Shown: positions 9,638 through 18,570, numbered from the stretch's first letter. The stretch is DNA of 24,752 nt from Gemmatimonadota bacterium (GCA_031372565.1 JANMLN010000146.1:1-24752); one strand, 5' to 3'. Notes: a model not told the origin generated them from the letters alone. A program made the numbers and translations.

Positions 9638-10162
9638 ATGCACCCGTTACGGACCCAACTCCTGATCATCGCTGCCGTGGTGGTCGCCGCAGACGTGCTC
9701 ACCAAGCAACTCGCCCTCGCCTTCCTGCCACCCACCGGCATGCCGATGGAGGTGGTGGGCGACTGGCTGCGCTTCACGCTGGCCTTCAATCGCGGCGCCG
9801 CGTTCGGCATGCACGTCGGGCCGTGGTCGCGGCTCGTGTTTTCGGCGTTCGCGATCGGGATGGTCGCCGTGCTGCTGGTCTCGGCGGGGCGCATGCACGG
9901 TCCCGCGCTCCGCATGGTGTCGGCCATGGGCCTGGTGGCGGGCGGTGCCGTGGGCAACCTGATCGACCGGATCCGGTGGGAACGCGGCGTGGTGGACTTC
10001 ATCGACGTCGGCGTCGGGATGACGCGGTTCTGGACATTCAACGTGGCCGATTCAGCCATCACGATCGGGGCCGTGCTGCTGCTCTGGCCGATGCCCGAGC
10101 CGGCGTCGACGGCGATGCCCGCCGACGCGCCGTCGGGTTCGGTCGGCCCGGGGACCTCGTGA
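9638..10162 (+). CDS. lspA: Lipoprotein signal peptidase II, copy 2
   Basis: Motifs ADVLTK, FNRGAAFG, GGAVGNLIDR, VVDFID, FNVAD. ATG lies 7 nt after the copy 1 stop. Confidence 0.92.
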   Translation: MHPLRTQLLIIAAVVVAADVLTKQLALAFLPPTGMPMEVVGDWLRFTLAFNRGAAFGMHVGPWSRLVFSAFAIGMVAVLLVSAGRMHGPALRMVSAMGLVAGGAVGNLIDRIRWERGVVDFIDVGVGMTRFWTFNVADSAITIGAVLLLWPMPEPASTAMPADAPSGSVGPGTS

Positions 10163-11169
10163 GCCAGGCCCCGGCGGCGGGCGGGCCCGCGCCGGGGCGC
10201 CACGAGCGGCTGGCGGACGAGTTGGCGGGCCAGCGCCTCGACCTCGCCATCGCCAGTTGGCTGGATGTCTCCCGGACGCGCGCCGCCACCCTCGTGGCCA
10301 CGGACCGGGTGCGCGTGAACGGTGCGCGTGAGCGCGCGAGCTACCAGGTCAACGCCGGCGACCGTCTGAGCGCCGATGTGCCGGCGCCAGAGGGACGCGA
10401 AGTCGTGGCGGAGGACATTCCGCTGACGGTCGTCTGGGAGGATGACGAGGTCCTCGTCGTCGACAAGCCTGCGGGCATGGTGGTGCACCCAGCCCCCGGC
10501 CATTGGACGGGGACGCTGGTCAACGCGCTCAAGGGGCGAGGCGGCGCGCTCAGCCCGACCGGCGATCCCGAGCGGGCGGGGCTCGTGCATCGGCTGGACA
10601 AGGATACGTCGGGCCTGTTGTTGGTCGCGCGTACCGAGCGCGCACACCGGGTGCTGTCGGCCGCGCTCGCGTCGCGTCGGATCGAACGGCGGTACGCGGC
10701 GGCCTGCTGGGGGCACCTGGAGGGGGACCGGCTGACCGTCGACAAGCCGGTGGGGCGGGACCCTCGCGATCGGCAGAAGATGGCGATCGTGGCGAACGGC
10801 CGGACCGCCAAGACCGACTTCCGGCGGCTCGCCCGGTTTCCGTCGGCCGACCTGTTGCAGGCGAAGCTGCATACGGGGCGCACCCACCAGATCCGGGTAC
10901 ATCTGGCCAGTGTGGGGCATCCCGTGCTCGGGGACGATACCTACGGCGGGGGGGGCGGACGGCGGTTGGCGGCGCTTCCGGCTCGACGGCACTGGCTGCA
11001 CGCCGCCTGGCTCCGGTTTCCGCATCCGGTCACCGGGGCGGTCGTCGACGTGCGGTCGCCCTTGCCGAGCGACCTCACGGCGTCGCTCATGGCGCTGGCC
11101 GAATCGTCGGATTCGTTTGCCGCACCCCTGACGCTGGAGTATTTTCACTTCTATCACGACGCCGACTGA
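10159..11169 (+). CDS. rluD: RluA-family 23S rRNA pseudouridine synthase with N-terminal S4 domain (RluD-like)
   Basis: S4-like RLDLAIA...SRTRAATLVATDRVRVNG, then VDKPAGMVVHP, catalytic HRLDKDTSG and TGRTHQIRVH. GTGA overlap with lspA copy 2. Confidence 0.92.
   Translation: MSQAPAAGGPAPGRHERLADELAGQRLDLAIASWLDVSRTRAATLVATDRVRVNGARERASYQVNAGDRLSADVPAPEGREVVAEDIPLTVVWEDDEVLVVDKPAGMVVHPAPGHWTGTLVNALKGRGGALSPTGDPERAGLVHRLDKDTSGLLLVARTERAHRVLSAALASRRIERRYAAACWGHLEGDRLTVDKPVGRDPRDRQKMAIVANGRTAKTDFRRLARFPSADLLQAKLHTGRTHQIRVHLASVGHPVLGDDTYGGGGGRRLAALPARRHWLHAAWLRFPHPVTGAVVDVRSPLPSDLTASLMALAESSDSFAAPLTLEYFHFYHDAD
11117..11145 (+). promoter_or_regulatory. Candidate sigma70-type promoter inside the rluD 3' end, driving the che/mgl operon
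   Basis: TTGCCG (11117-11122), 17-nt spacer, TATTTT (11140-11145), in a locally AT-rich patch. Confidence 0.5.
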
Positions 11170-11632
11170 GCTGGAGACCCCGGCAACCGCCGCGATCCGC
11201 TGCCTGTTGTTCTCGGCAGGGGGCCGTTTGTTTGGTTGCGACATCAGTGTGGTTCGGGAGATCATCCCGATCCGTCAGGCGACCCGGTTGCCGGGAGCGC
11301 CTGAGTACGTGCTGGGGCTCATCAACTTGCGCGGGATGGTGGTGACGGTGGTGGATCTGGTCCGTCGGTTCGGTGGTGACCGCGCCGATGCGGCCGAGGG
11401 GTCAATCATCGTGGTGGATTTCGGGACGCGTGCCGTCGGGCTTGCGGTGGATGCCATGCGCGACGTGCAGGGGGTCAGGCCGCGGTCTGTGAGCATTGGC
11501 ACACCGGCGATTGCCGGGTTGCCGGCGTCGGTGGTGGGCGGCATGGCGGACACGACGGAGGGGCTCGCCATCCTCCTTGATGTGGGAGCAGTTCTGCGGC
11601 AGGTCATGTCTTCGGGAGAGGGGGAGTCTTGA
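11153..11632 (+). CDS. cheW: CheW adaptor protein (start uncertain: ATC 11153, CTG 11171 or TTG 11207)
   Basis: IRCLLFSAGGRLFGCDISVVREII...TRLPGAPEYVLGLINLRGMVVTVVDL...VGLAVD...ILLDV. The frame is open from 11132 but has no ATG or GTG before the domain. Confidence 0.88.
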   Translation: MTTPTELETPATAAIRCLLFSAGGRLFGCDISVVREIIPIRQATRLPGAPEYVLGLINLRGMVVTVVDLVRRFGGDRADAAEGSIIVVDFGTRAVGLAVDAMRDVQGVRPRSVSIGTPAIAGLPASVVGGMADTTEGLAILLDVGAVLRQVMSSGEGES

Positions 11633-11991
11633 GCCATACGGTGCTGGTCTGCGACGATGCGATCTTCATGCGCACCATGGTCGGCGACATCCTGCAGCAG
11701 GCAGGATTCGAGATCGTGGGTGAGGCAGAGACGGGGATCCAGGCAGTCGAGAAGTACAAGCAATTGCGGCCGGACCTGGTCACGATGGACATCGTGATGC
11801 CGGACATGGGCGGGATCGACGCCGTTCGTGAGATCACCAAGTTCGATCCGAACGCGAAGGTGCTGATGTGCAGCGCGATGGGACAGCAGGCGCTCGTCGT
11901 CGAGGCCATTCAAGCCGGCGCCAAGGATTTCGTGGTCAAGCCGTTCCAGCCCAGCCGCGTGCTCGAGGCGGTGCAGCGGGTCCTCGGCTAG
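11629..11991 (+). CDS. cheY: CheY single-domain response regulator (Bacillus/Thermotoga/DifD-like)
   Basis: VLVCDDAIFMR, PDLVTMDIVMP (phospho-Asp), MCSAMGQ, AGAKDFVVKPF. TTG start overlaps the cheW stop (TTGA) after a strong GGAG-rich SD. Confidence 0.95.
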   Translation: MSHTVLVCDDAIFMRTMVGDILQQAGFEIVGEAETGIQAVEKYKQLRPDLVTMDIVMPDMGGIDAVREITKFDPNAKVLMCSAMGQQALVVEAIQAGAKDFVVKPFQPSRVLEAVQRVLG

Positions 11992-12095
11992 CGACACGGG
12001 CGCGCTGGGTGTCCCGCGACGGGGCGCTCGGCCTGTCCGTCAGCGTGACGTGCGTCGGCTGCGGCCGGCGCTCCCCTTTCCGCGACCGAGCTCTG

Positions 12096-14027
12096 GTGGA
12101 TCCCTCCCGCTACGCCGCCCTGTTCCTGACGGAGAGCCAGGAACATCTCTCGGCGATCAACACGTCGCTGCTTGAGCTCGAACGCAGCCCCGGTGCCGAG
12201 GCCCCGGTGGCCGAGCTGTTCCGCGCGATGCACACGATCAAGGGGATGGCGGCGACGATGGGGTATCAGGCGGTCACCGAGATCGCGCATGAGGCGGAGT
12301 CGATGCTGGAGGGCGTCCGACGTGGCGCCATCCGCACCGACGCAACGGTGGCGGACCTGCTGTTCGCATCGGCCGACCTGCTCGAGCGGACGATCGAGGC
12401 CACGACCGGGGGACTGGTGCTGCCGGATTCGCGCGAGGTCCTCGAGCGCATGCGCACGATGACCCGTGCGGCGCGGGCCACACCGCCTCGTGCGATGGCC
12501 AGTGTGCGTGGGGCGCCGGTCGGCACGCGCGTGCAGGTGACGCTGGAGCCGGAGACACCGCTCAAGGGCGTGCGGGCCTGGATGGTCGCGCAGAAGCTGG
12601 CCGCGCTCGGCCGGTTGATCGCCACGGAGCCGCCCGAAGGCGCCCTGCAGAGCGAGCAGTTCGAGCGCGTGTTCACGGTCGTGCTCGACACCGGTGCGGC
12701 GCCCGAAGTGCTGATCGCGGCGGCGCGATCGGGCGGTCACGTGGAGGACGTGGACGTGACCCCGCCCGCTCGGCCAGCAGGCAGCGACGACGCGGCGGTC
12801 CCGCGCGGGTCACAGCCGGTCCACCGCGTGAGCGGCGCGGTCACGGCGGAGTTCGCGGTCGCCGACGCGACGGCGGGGAGCGCGCCGCGCGCGCAGCGCC
12901 ACATCCGCATCGACCTGCGTCGGCTGGATGCGCTGACCAACCTGATCGGCGAACTGGTGATCGCACGCGGCCGACTGCAGGCCATCGCCGCCGAGCGTCG
13001 GGACGCGGTGCTCGACGATGCCTTGTCGCACGCGTCCCGGCTGGTGAGCGACCTGCAGGACGAGATCATGACGAGCCGACTCGTTCCGGTCTGGCAGGTC
13101 TTCGACCGCTTCCCGCGGCTGGTACGCGACGCGGCGCGTTCACTGGGCAAGGATGTGGAGTTCGTGATCGAGGGCAAGGACATCGAGCTTGACCGCTCGA
13201 TGCTCGACGAGATCGGCGAGCCGATGGTGCACCTGCTGCGCAATGCCGTCGACCACGGTCTGGAGACGCCGGCCGAGCGTCGCTCGGCGGGCAAACCGCC
13301 GGCGGGACGACTGCGCCTCGCGGCGCTGCGCGATCGATCGAGCGTGCTCATCCGGGTGAGCGATGACGGGCGCGGGATCGATCGCGCCCGCGTGCTCGCC
13401 AAGGCGCAGCGGCTCGGGTTCGTGGACGCCGCGGTGGAAGAGTTGAGCGACGAGGAGCTCTTCCGCATGATCGCGAGGCCCGGATTCTCGACCAACGACG
13501 CGGTCACCGACCTGTCCGGCCGCGGGGTCGGTATCGACGCGGTGGCGACGCGGGTGCGACAGCTCGGTGGCACGTTGGAACTGCGCTCGGAGGAGGGGCG
13601 TGGCACGACGGTCACGGCGCGGCTGCCGGCCACGCTGGCGATCATTCGCGCGGTGCTCGCGCGCGTGGGCACCGAGACCTACGCCGTCCCCATGACGCAC
13701 GTCAGCGAGACGCTCGAACTCTCGGGCGAGGTGCGCGAGACGGTGAAGGGGCGGGAAGTGCTGTCGCTCCGCGACGACGTGCTCCCGCTCGTGCACCTGC
13801 GCGAACTGGTGCGCCTGCCGTGCCTGCGCGAACGCGTTGCCCACGTGATCGTGCTCGAAATGGCGGACCGGCGGACCGGCGTCCTCGTGGACCGGCTGCT
13901 CGGACAGCAGGATATCGTGGTCAAGCCCTTTGATGCCGTCACGGACGGCCTCGCGCTGTTCAGCGGGGCCACGATTCTCGGCGATGGTGCGCCTGCGCTG
14001 ATCCTTGACGTGAACTCCCTTCTCTGA
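12096..14027 (+). CDS. cheA: CheA histidine kinase (P1-P2-P3-P4-P5)
   Basis: HPt ELFRAMHTIKGMAATMG, P2-like segment, dimerisation IRIDLRRLDALTNLIGELVI, HLLRNAVDHG, DDGRGID, PGFST, SGRGVGID, CheW-like end GATILGDG. GTG 12096 chosen because the ORF-track start overlaps cheY. Confidence 0.95.
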   Translation: MDPSRYAALFLTESQEHLSAINTSLLELERSPGAEAPVAELFRAMHTIKGMAATMGYQAVTEIAHEAESMLEGVRRGAIRTDATVADLLFASADLLERTIEATTGGLVLPDSREVLERMRTMTRAARATPPRAMASVRGAPVGTRVQVTLEPETPLKGVRAWMVAQKLAALGRLIATEPPEGALQSEQFERVFTVVLDTGAAPEVLIAAARSGGHVEDVDVTPPARPAGSDDAAVPRGSQPVHRVSGAVTAEFAVADATAGSAPRAQRHIRIDLRRLDALTNLIGELVIARGRLQAIAAERRDAVLDDALSHASRLVSDLQDEIMTSRLVPVWQVFDRFPRLVRDAARSLGKDVEFVIEGKDIELDRSMLDEIGEPMVHLLRNAVDHGLETPAERRSAGKPPAGRLRLAALRDRSSVLIRVSDDGRGIDRARVLAKAQRLGFVDAAVEELSDEELFRMIARPGFSTNDAVTDLSGRGVGIDAVATRVRQLGGTLELRSEEGRGTTVTARLPATLAIIRAVLARVGTETYAVPMTHVSETLELSGEVRETVKGREVLSLRDDVLPLVHLRELVRLPCLRERVAHVIVLEMADRRTGVLVDRLLGQQDIVVKPFDAVTDGLALFSGATILGDGAPALILDVNSLL

Positions 14028-14037
14028 CGGTGGCAGC

Positions 14038-14658
14038 ATGGACGACCTCCGGACCCTGAATCCGCAGCAGATCGATGCGCTGCGCGAAGTCGCGAATATC
14101 GGCGCCGGTCATGCGGCGACGGCGCTCTCGCAGATGACCAACGCGACGATCATGATCAGCGTCCCGCGGATCAACATCGCGCCGCTCGAAGAGCTCCCGC
14201 CACAGCTGGCAGCGCCCGAGGAACCGGTGGCCGCCGTGCTCATGCAGATGCTTGGCGATCTGACCGGTCGCACGCTCCTGGTCTTTCCGAAGCCCACGGC
14301 GCTCCGGTTGTCCGAGCTGATGCTGCGGCGGCCGAAGGGATCCTCGACCGAGCTCGGCGAGTTGGAGCAGTCGGTGATCAAGGAGGCGTCGAACATCCTC
14401 AGCGGCGCCTACATGAACGCACTTTCCGATTTCATGGGGATGATGCTGCTGCCGTCGCCGCCGTCCCTCGCCATCGATTTCTCGGCGGCCGTCCTCACGA
14501 GCACCTACCTGCAGTTCGGCAACGACTACGACCTCGTGTTCTGCGTGGAGAGTTCGTTCTACATGAAGGACTACGACGAGCACCTGCGCGGCTTCTTCCT
14601 GCTGCTCCCCGACTCGGCGTCGCTGCAGGCGATCCTGCGCGCCGTGCGCGTGGCCTGA
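14038..14658 (+). CDS. cheC: CheC-family CheY-P phosphatase
   Basis: Two D/S-x3-E-x2-N motifs, DALREVANI and SVIKEASNI, followed by ISVP and LPSPP; C-terminal GFFLLLPD. Confidence 0.92.
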   Translation: MDDLRTLNPQQIDALREVANIGAGHAATALSQMTNATIMISVPRINIAPLEELPPQLAAPEEPVAAVLMQMLGDLTGRTLLVFPKPTALRLSELMLRRPKGSSTELGELEQSVIKEASNILSGAYMNALSDFMGMMLLPSPPSLAIDFSAAVLTSTYLQFGNDYDLVFCVESSFYMKDYDEHLRGFFLLLPDSASLQAILRAVRVA

Positions 14659-14673
14659 GGCGTACCGCCCACC

Positions 14674-17418
14674 GTGACCACCGGCACCCTCACTTCGGAG
14701 CGCGACCGCGATGTCCTGCGGTCGTTCGCCCGGCGGATCGATCCGTCGGATGCGGGGGCGCACAACAACCTCGGCGTGCTGTACTACAACAAGGGGCTGC
14801 ACGAGGAGGCGGTGCAGGCCTTCATGAGCGCGCTCGAGCTCGACTCGAAGATGCAGGTCGCGCAGCGCAATCTCGAGATCGCGTACTTCCAGACCGGGTA
14901 CTACGATCGGCGGGTCGGCGAGTTGCGGGAGACGCTGCGCGACCGGCCCGCGGACCGCGCCGCACGCTGGGAACTGGGGCGGACCTATGCGCTCCTCAAC
15001 GAGCACGCCGCCGCGCTCGCCGAGTTCACGGAGCTGCTCCGCCATCATCCGGCGGATCTCGGGGCGCTCGTGCAGACGGGACTCGCCGAGAAGGCCATCG
15101 GTGACCTCGATGACGCGTTGCGCTGGTTCGATCGCGCGGTCGTCCTCGACCCGGCGTCGTCACTGGTGCACTTTTACCGTGGCGAGGTGCTCTACAACAA
15201 GGGCCTCAATGACGATGCGCTCAAGGCGCTCGAGACGGCGGTCGATCTCAACCCCGAGAATGCCGACGCCCACTACCTGACCGCCTTCGTGCTCGGCGAC
15301 ATGGGTCGGCACGAGGACGCGCGCGCCGCGACCAAGCGCGCCATGCAGATCAACCCGTCGCTCGGGCGGGCGCACGCCAACCTCTCGATCGACCGCAACA
15401 ACGCGCAGACGTACGAGCAGCTCGTGCCCGGGGGCACGGAGCGCCGCTCACAGCAGATGATGGCCGTGTCCGAGGAGGGGCAGCTCGCGCACTACAACCT
15501 GGGTGTCGCCTTCCGCCAGAAGGGCTACTACCAGGACGCGCTGCGCGAGTACCGCATCGCGCTCGAGCGGGCCGAGGACCGCGACCTCGTGCGGCAGGCG
15601 ATGGCGGAGGTCTATCTGCTCACGCGCGACGTGCAGCAGGCCGTGGCCATGTACGACGAGGCGCTGCGCTACCAGCCCGGATCGCCCAAGCTGTGGAATG
15701 AGCGCGGCGTGGCGTTGCACCAGGATGGCCGCTTCGATGACGCGGCCACGAGCTATCGCAAGGCCATCGAGGCCGACGCCCGCTACCCGCTCGCGTGGAA
15801 CAACCTCGGCGTGGCGCTCTATCACGGCGGTCAGAGCGAAGACTCGATCGACGCGTTCCGGCGCGCCCTCGATATCGAGGCCACGTTCGTCAAGGCGCGG
15901 CTCAACCTCGCGTTGCTCCTCTACAAGAACAAGCGGCTGCAGCTCGCGCTGGAGGCGTACCGGCATGTGCTGGGCAGCGAGCCCGAGCATCCGGTGGCAT
16001 GGAACGGCATCGGCCTTGTCCTCGCCGAACTCAAGCGGTTCGAGGAGGCGCGCGCATCGTTCGCACGCGCGATCCAGGCGCGTCCCGACTACGCGGAAGC
16101 GCACTACAACGTGAGCTTCACGCTCTCGAACCTCGGCGACTTCGAGGGGGCGCTCCGCGAAACCAAGCGGGCCCTCGAACTCGACCCGTACTACGTCGCG
16201 CAGAAGTTCGAGCTCGCCATCGACCTGATGCACGAGGATCCGGACTTCTCCGTGGTGCCGGACCTGGGCGGTGAGCGGCGTTCGTCCGCCCCCGTGCAGG
16301 AATTCTCGTTCGATCCCGGGCTGCTCGACTCCGTGTTCACCACGCTCGCCGCCCCCGCCGCCGTGCCCGTGGCACCGGTCGCATCGGCGGCGCGGCCGTA
16401 CGCATCGGCCGAGGAGTTTCTCGCCATGCGACAGTACGAACGGGCGAGCGCCGAGGCGACGGCCGCCATGGCACGCGGCGCCGACAAGGTGGAGGGCCTC
16501 GCCGTGGTCGGCGACGTCTACGCCGCGCGTGGCCTGCACGGCGAGGCGCTCGAGCGCTTCACCGAGGCGCTCGCGCTCGCGCCCGACGCGTGGCGCGCGC
16601 AGGTGGGGCGGGTACGGGCGCTGCTGCAGCTCGGACGCGGTGGGCTCGCGCGCGCCGCCGCCGATGCGCTGCTCGACCAGGGCGGGCACGATCTCGACAC
16701 GCTCGTGCTCGTGGCCGATGCGCGCATGGCGGACGGCGACGGCGCGGCGGCCCTCGAGGCGCTCGCCAGTGCCGGCGCGCTCGCCCCGCAGCGCGCCGAC
16801 CTGCACAAGCGCACGGGTGATGCCTTGCGGTCGCTCGGCGATGCGCCTGCGGCGATGGCGGCGTACCGTCGCGCGCTGGACATCGACCCGGCCTTCGGCG
16901 TCGTGCGGCTCGAGTTGGCCCGCATGCTCGTGGCGCAGGGGGACGCGGCCGGCGCGGAGACGGAGTTGCACGCCGCCATCGATGCCGTGCCGACGTGGGC
17001 GGAGCCCAAGCTCGAGTTGGCCCGCGTGCTGCGCGCCACCGCGCGCCCGGACGAGGCGCTCTCGCTGCTCATTCCGCTGTTGAGCGCCAACCCGTACCAG
17101 TTCGAGGCGCTGCTCGTGCTCGGCGAGTCGCTGCTCGATGCGGCGCGCGTGCGCGACGCCGCCACGGCGTTCGCGCGGATCCTGCGCTTCGATCCCGCGC
17201 ATGTCGGGGCGCTCTACTACACGGGGTTGCTCCTCGCGCGACAGAGTCGTTGGCGCGACGCGATCATGGCTTGGCACCGGGTCGACGAGCTGGAACCCGC
17301 GAGCCTCTGGGCGCGCAAGGCGCGACACGAGGCCCGAACGGCCGCCGAGCTGTCGCACATCCTGCACGTCACGCCCGCCGCGTCCGCTGCCCTGCCCGAG
17401 CCGATGGAGGCCCGCTAG
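14674..17418 (+). CDS. Large cytoplasmic TPR-repeat protein (914 aa)
   Basis: Many TPR units (AHNNLGVLYYNKG, AHYNLGVAFRQKG, AWNNLGVALYHGG, AWNGIGLVLAELK) in three blocks. No signal peptide or catalytic domain recognised. Confidence 0.88.
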   Translation: MTTGTLTSERDRDVLRSFARRIDPSDAGAHNNLGVLYYNKGLHEEAVQAFMSALELDSKMQVAQRNLEIAYFQTGYYDRRVGELRETLRDRPADRAARWELGRTYALLNEHAAALAEFTELLRHHPADLGALVQTGLAEKAIGDLDDALRWFDRAVVLDPASSLVHFYRGEVLYNKGLNDDALKALETAVDLNPENADAHYLTAFVLGDMGRHEDARAATKRAMQINPSLGRAHANLSIDRNNAQTYEQLVPGGTERRSQQMMAVSEEGQLAHYNLGVAFRQKGYYQDALREYRIALERAEDRDLVRQAMAEVYLLTRDVQQAVAMYDEALRYQPGSPKLWNERGVALHQDGRFDDAATSYRKAIEADARYPLAWNNLGVALYHGGQSEDSIDAFRRALDIEATFVKARLNLALLLYKNKRLQLALEAYRHVLGSEPEHPVAWNGIGLVLAELKRFEEARASFARAIQARPDYAEAHYNVSFTLSNLGDFEGALRETKRALELDPYYVAQKFELAIDLMHEDPDFSVVPDLGGERRSSAPVQEFSFDPGLLDSVFTTLAAPAAVPVAPVASAARPYASAEEFLAMRQYERASAEATAAMARGADKVEGLAVVGDVYAARGLHGEALERFTEALALAPDAWRAQVGRVRALLQLGRGGLARAAADALLDQGGHDLDTLVLVADARMADGDGAAALEALASAGALAPQRADLHKRTGDALRSLGDAPAAMAAYRRALDIDPAFGVVRLELARMLVAQGDAAGAETELHAAIDAVPTWAEPKLELARVLRATARPDEALSLLIPLLSANPYQFEALLVLGESLLDAARVRDAATAFARILRFDPAHVGALYYTGLLLARQSRWRDAIMAWHRVDELEPASLWARKARHEARTAAELSHILHVTPAASAALPEPMEAR

Positions 17419-18570
17419 ATGGCGATCGAGGGCCCGCTCCGCGAACTCGGCATCCATGATGTCTTCCAGCTGCTCGACCTGAGCCGCAAGACCGGCACGC
17501 TCACGGTGACGTCGGAACTGCGCGACAACGAAGGCACGGTCTGGTTCGACGGCGGCAAGGTCATCTATGCCACGATCAAGTCCAACCCGCATCCGCTTGG
17601 CCTCATGCTCGTCAAGTCGGGCAAGGTCACGGAAGCCGATCTTGATCGGGCCTTGCTCATCCAGAAGACGCGCTCCGATGGCCGGCGCTTCGGCGAGATT
17701 CTCGTCGAACTCGGCGTCATCTCGCCGCGCGAGCTGGAGCGGCAGGTCAAGTTGCAGGTCGAGGAAGTCGTCTTCGAGCTGATGTCCTGGCGCGAGGGGT
17801 TCTTCTCGTTCATCGAGCGCGACGTCAGCGAGATTCCAGCCGCGGCCACGGTGCGCGTCGGGACCGAATCGCTGCTCATGGAGGGCGCGCGTCGCATCGA
17901 CGAGTGGTCACGCATTGCCGACAAGGTGCCGCATCTGGCCGTCATTCCCGTACTGGAGGAGGTCAGTGACGCGCACGCGGCGCATCTCGACCTGCTGCCC
18001 ACGGAGTGGGAGATGCTGACGATGATCGACGGGACCGCCGACCTCAAGGCCATCGCGAGCAACCTCGTGCGCAGCGAGTTCGACGTGGCGCGCATCGCCT
18101 ATGGCCTCGTGACCACGGGGGTCATCTCGTTGCGCATGCCGACGCGCGTGAGCGTGCGCGCGATGCTCCCCGTCGACGACGTCGCCCCGCACGTGGCGGC
18201 GGCGCAGGCCGCGCTCGACGCGGGCCAGCCCGAGGTCGCGCTCGTGTCCGCCCGGCACGCCGTGAACGCCGATCCCTCGAGCACCGAGGGGCGCATCGCC
18301 GTGGCGCGTGCCCTCGCGCGGCTTGGTCGCGCCGCCGAGGCCGTGGACGAGCTGCGCCGCGCTGCCCAGTCTGATCCGTCCAATCCCGACGTGTCGGTCC
18401 ATCTGGCCTTCGCGGCCGCGCGAAACGGCCAGATCTACGAGGCGATGGATCGGTGGTCTCGCTACCTGAGCGAGTCGCCAACGTCGCCGCACGCGGCTCG
18501 CGTACGCGCCGCGCTTGACGCGGCCCGCCAGCTCAACGTCCTGATCGAGGAGTTCGCGCATGTCGGATGA
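17419..18570 (+). CDS. DUF4388/PATAN-domain protein with degenerate MshEN-like insert and C-terminal TPRs
   Basis: MAIEGPLRELGIHDVFQLLDLSRKTGTLTV...GTVWFDGGKVIYA...WREGFFSF...ESLLMEGARRIDEW; TPR-like C-terminus. Paralogous to 22740-24362. Confidence 0.85.
   Translation: MAIEGPLRELGIHDVFQLLDLSRKTGTLTVTSELRDNEGTVWFDGGKVIYATIKSNPHPLGLMLVKSGKVTEADLDRALLIQKTRSDGRRFGEILVELGVISPRELERQVKLQVEEVVFELMSWREGFFSFIERDVSEIPAAATVRVGTESLLMEGARRIDEWSRIADKVPHLAVIPVLEEVSDAHAAHLDLLPTEWEMLTMIDGTADLKAIASNLVRSEFDVARIAYGLVTTGVISLRMPTRVSVRAMLPVDDVAPHVAAAQAALDAGQPEVALVSARHAVNADPSSTEGRIAVARALARLGRAAEAVDELRRAAQSDPSNPDVSVHLAFAAARNGQIYEAMDRWSRYLSESPTSPHAARVRAALDAARQLNVLIEEFAHVG

Noticed and set aside
11992..12095. Riboswitch or terminator in the cheY-cheA gap
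   Set aside because: Only short GC stems (GACAC/GTGTC, GACGG/CCGTC), no U-tract and no recognisable c-di-GMP riboswitch consensus.
11868..12095. N-terminal extension of CheA given by the ORF track, and similar extensions at 1951, 3762, 4445, 9004, 9515, 9823 and 19222
   Set aside because: Most extensions overlap upstream genes and none shows family similarity; downstream starts match domain boundaries and, in most cases, stop/start overlaps.
14674..17418. O-GlcNAc transferase or other TPR enzyme
   Set aside because: The TPRs resemble those of such enzymes, but the repeats run to the C-terminus with no catalytic domain.
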